DNA from: an uncultured Acidimicrobiales bacterium
Lineage (GTDB): Bacteria; Actinomycetota; Acidimicrobiia; Acidimicrobiales; SZUA-35
Length of the DNA: 64,000 bases
NCBI GenBank assembly: GCA_937925335.1
Contig: CALEWY010000019.1
Location: forward strand, 15,708 to 79,707
Direction of reading: 5' to 3'
In this document: piece by piece, positions 61,973 to 64,000 of the stretch
How positions within the stretch are numbered: position 1 is the stretch's first letter
Layout of the letters: every line of letters starts with the position of its first letter
Program-made: the position numbers and the translations under genes
The notes under the pieces: generated by a model
Database searches by the model: none
What the model saw: only the letters and a program-made list of their open reading frames with translations
Told to the model about the DNA's origin: nothing

Positions 61973-64000
61973 ATGGCATCCACCCGAGACAAGAACTCCA
62001 ATCACGAGACACGGCACCAGGCGTACTCAACCGCCAACCGTCGAACGTTACGCCGGTTCGTGCAGGCGCCTCTCGCAGCTGCTGCTGCGATCGTCAGTGT
62101 TTTGGCCGTTGCTCCATCGGGAGCCGAGGCGCAAGCATCGGGGGGATTCGTCGACCATTGCTGGATCGTGGCTGACAGCAGCGCCGGCACCGGGGCCGAT
62201 TGGCTCTCTGAGTATGACCTGGCAACGGACACCGAAACACCTGCCGCCATCGGGACCGGAACGACCAACATCGAGGCGATCGCCTTTCACTACCCGACGA
62301 GCCGACTCTTCACCACAAACCAGGGACAGTTCGGCGAGATCGATCTGACACCCGGCGCCACCTTCGGAGCGTTCACGCCCATCGGAGCCGGCGGGCTCGG
62401 CGATGTGGATGGCCTTGCCTTCGACTCCACCACTGGCAACCTTTGGGGCACCGTGCGCCTCGGCGGCAACGATCAGCTCATCCGCATCGACTTCAACACC
62501 GGATCGCAGATCGGAGCGGCGGTCCCGATCGCCGCAACGACCTACAGCGGCCCGCTGAACGGTGGAGCGACCACCAACCTCGCCGACATCGATGACCTTG
62601 CAATCGATCCCGTCACCGGAACCTTCTACGCCATCGCCAACGGCGCCGGTGCCCTCGACATGCTCGTCACGATCGACCCCGCAACAGGTGCCACCACTCC
62701 AGTCGGCTCACCTGCTGAGAGCGGCGTTCAAGACATCGAGGGTCTCGGCTTCACCCCAGCCGGCGAACTCATTGGCACGTCCGGCAGCGGCGGCGGCGCC
62801 GTCGCCAACTCGATCGTCGACATCAACCTCGTCGACGGTTCAGCGTCGCTTCGCAACGATGCACTCGCCTTCGCCGACCATGAAGCCGTTGATTGCCTGA
62901 CCAACGCGTATCTCGATCCGTCGATCGGCCTCGAGAAGGCCACAAACACAATCGATGCGGACACACCGTCCGGGCCGGTCATCGCGATCGACGGCACCGT
63001 GACGTGGACCTATGAGATCACGAACACCGGCAACCTGGCGCTGTTCGATCTCACCCTGAGCGATGACGTCGAAGGCGCAGTCACGTGTGCACACCCGCAG
63101 CCTCTCTTCCCAGGTGAAAGCACAACGTGCACCCTCACCGCTGCCTCGGTCACGGCTGGCCAGTATGCAAACATCGGCACCATCGTCGGTACGCCGATCG
63201 ACTTGGTCGGCAACGGCTACGTGCTCGATCCGGTTACGGGCTCGTGGTTCGATGCCAGCGGAAACCCCGCTGACTTCGCAACGCTCGACGTCGCAGCCAG
63301 TTCACCGCTGACTGTCGTCGACGCAACCGACCCGTCTCACTACATCGGTGCCGATCCACAAATCGACATCGAGAAGGCAACGAATGGCGTCGACGCCGAC
63401 AGCCCGACCGGTCCGTCGATCGTTATCGGTGATGTCGTGACCTGGACTTACGAAGTGACCAACCCTGGCACCGTGCCGGTGAGCAACGTGGTCGTGAACG
63501 ACGACAACGGAACACCCGCCGACACCAGCGACGACTTCGTGCCGACATTCGTCAGCGGTGATGTCAACAACAACTCGCTGCTCGACCTCATCGAGACCTG
63601 GGTCTACACCGCTGAAGGTGTTGCGACTGCAGGCCAGTACATGAACAACGGAACCGTCACCGGCGTGGGGCCGGACACGGTCAACCCGGACGGTTCGACC
63701 ACTCCCGGAGTCGATGTGGCTGACGAGGATCCGTCGCACTACCTGGGTACCGAGGCTCCCGTCGCGTCCATCGACATCGAGAAGGACACGAACGGAACAC
63801 AGGCTGACCTCGAGGCAGACAACGTCGCACTCACCGAAGGTGCCGACATTACGTGGACCTACGAGATCACGAACACCGGTGGTCTCGACCTTGTCGACGT
63901 TGTGGTGACCGACGACGTCGAGGGCCCCGTCTGCACGATCGCTTCGCTGGCGATCGGTGAAACGACAACGTGCACTCTGATCGGAACAGCCGGTTCAGCC
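61973..64000 (+). CDS. Secreted surface protein (partial, runs off window end): signal peptide, beta-propeller-like N-domain, then DUF11-like repeat modules
   Basis: ATG 61973. The frame is open for all 676 codons to pos 64000, so it is absent from the ORF track. MASTRDKNSNHETRHQAYSTANRRTLRRFVQAPLAAAAAIVSVLAVAPSGAEA. Recurrent IEAIAF/VDGLAFD/IDDLAIDPVTGTFYA/IEGLGFTP motifs, then three modules I(G/D)(L/I)EK(A/D)TN...(V/I)TWTYE(I/V)TN(T/P)G. Confidence 0.85.
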   Translation, partial: MASTRDKNSNHETRHQAYSTANRRTLRRFVQAPLAAAAAIVSVLAVAPSGAEAQASGGFVDHCWIVADSSAGTGADWLSEYDLATDTETPAAIGTGTTNIEAIAFHYPTSRLFTTNQGQFGEIDLTPGATFGAFTPIGAGGLGDVDGLAFDSTTGNLWGTVRLGGNDQLIRIDFNTGSQIGAAVPIAATTYSGPLNGGATTNLADIDDLAIDPVTGTFYAIANGAGALDMLVTIDPATGATTPVGSPAESGVQDIEGLGFTPAGELIGTSGSGGGAVANSIVDINLVDGSASLRNDALAFADHEAVDCLTNAYLDPSIGLEKATNTIDADTPSGPVIAIDGTVTWTYEITNTGNLALFDLTLSDDVEGAVTCAHPQPLFPGESTTCTLTAASVTAGQYANIGTIVGTPIDLVGNGYVLDPVTGSWFDASGNPADFATLDVAASSPLTVVDATDPSHYIGADPQIDIEKATNGVDADSPTGPSIVIGDVVTWTYEVTNPGTVPVSNVVVNDDNGTPADTSDDFVPTFVSGDVNNNSLLDLIETWVYTAEGVATAGQYMNNGTVTGVGPDTVNPDGSTTPGVDVADEDPSHYLGTEAPVASIDIEKDTNGTQADLEADNVALTEGADITWTYEITNTGGLDLVDVVVTDDVEGPVCTIASLAIGETTTCTLIGTAGSA

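Noticed and set aside
1-64000. Search for mobile elements, prophage, defence islands, RT/retron/DGR, toxin-antitoxin pairs, rRNA/tRNA
   Set aside because: I recognised no integrase, transposase, recombinase, reverse transcriptase, cas, restriction-modification pair or phage structural gene in any frame. The only nuclease-like gene is a solitary HNH protein. I saw no clear compositional island apart from small AT-rich promoter patches.

Overview
This is a 64-kb, high-G+C chromosomal segment with Actinomycetota hallmarks: an LAxTG sortase signal, an LCP ligase, F420 genes cofD/cofE, NrtR, and many ATGA/GTGA stop-start overlaps. The species cannot be identified from the sequence alone. I call 46 protein-coding genes. 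Two are cut by the window edges and are missing from the supplied ORF track. I found no rRNA, tRNA, CRISPR, transposase, integrase or phage genes.

Gene content, left to right:
- A partial secreted EF-hand protein (-) and a 3263-aa wall-anchored repeat adhesin (762-10553).
- A four-gene sulfatase/EthD/sulfatase/SDR operon, followed by a PLP-dependent deaminase-family gene.
- An M48 protease with a Lys/Ala-rich tail, a cyclase-NB-ARC-TPR STAND protein and a DUF4332 protein.
- NAD salvage genes nadV-prs with divergent nrtR and a palindromic operator candidate.
- Mixed metabolism: LLM oxidoreductase, crotonase, HIT, HNH, hydantoinase-like, two acyl-CoA dehydrogenases, PaiB, epimerase, PhyH, GNAT, a yjdM-methyltransferase-DUF480 operon and thiamine pyrophosphokinase.
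- A large, interrupted envelope-glycan region: LCP, ugd, uxs, three GTs and manC, then gmd, rmd, a GT2-polytopic protein, a DUF5719-like protein and a membrane thioredoxin-like protein. It is interleaved with a GAF-GGDEF-EAL protein, a Ski2-like helicase and cofE/cofD.
- The 5' part of a second DUF11-type surface protein.

I do not see a self-contained, clearly new multi-gene system. No defence, reverse-transcriptase, toxin or secondary-metabolite core is recognisable. The least explained signals are non-coding:
- A 4-copy, 43-nt, strongly hairpin-forming tandem array between gmd and cofD.
- A family of about 21-29-bp palindromic REP-like units at two convergent gene junctions.
- A 9-copy 12-bp array upstream of the giant adhesin.
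- Smaller direct repeats in promoter regions and at one gene's 3' end.

All functional calls come from motif recognition by eye. No database search was possible.
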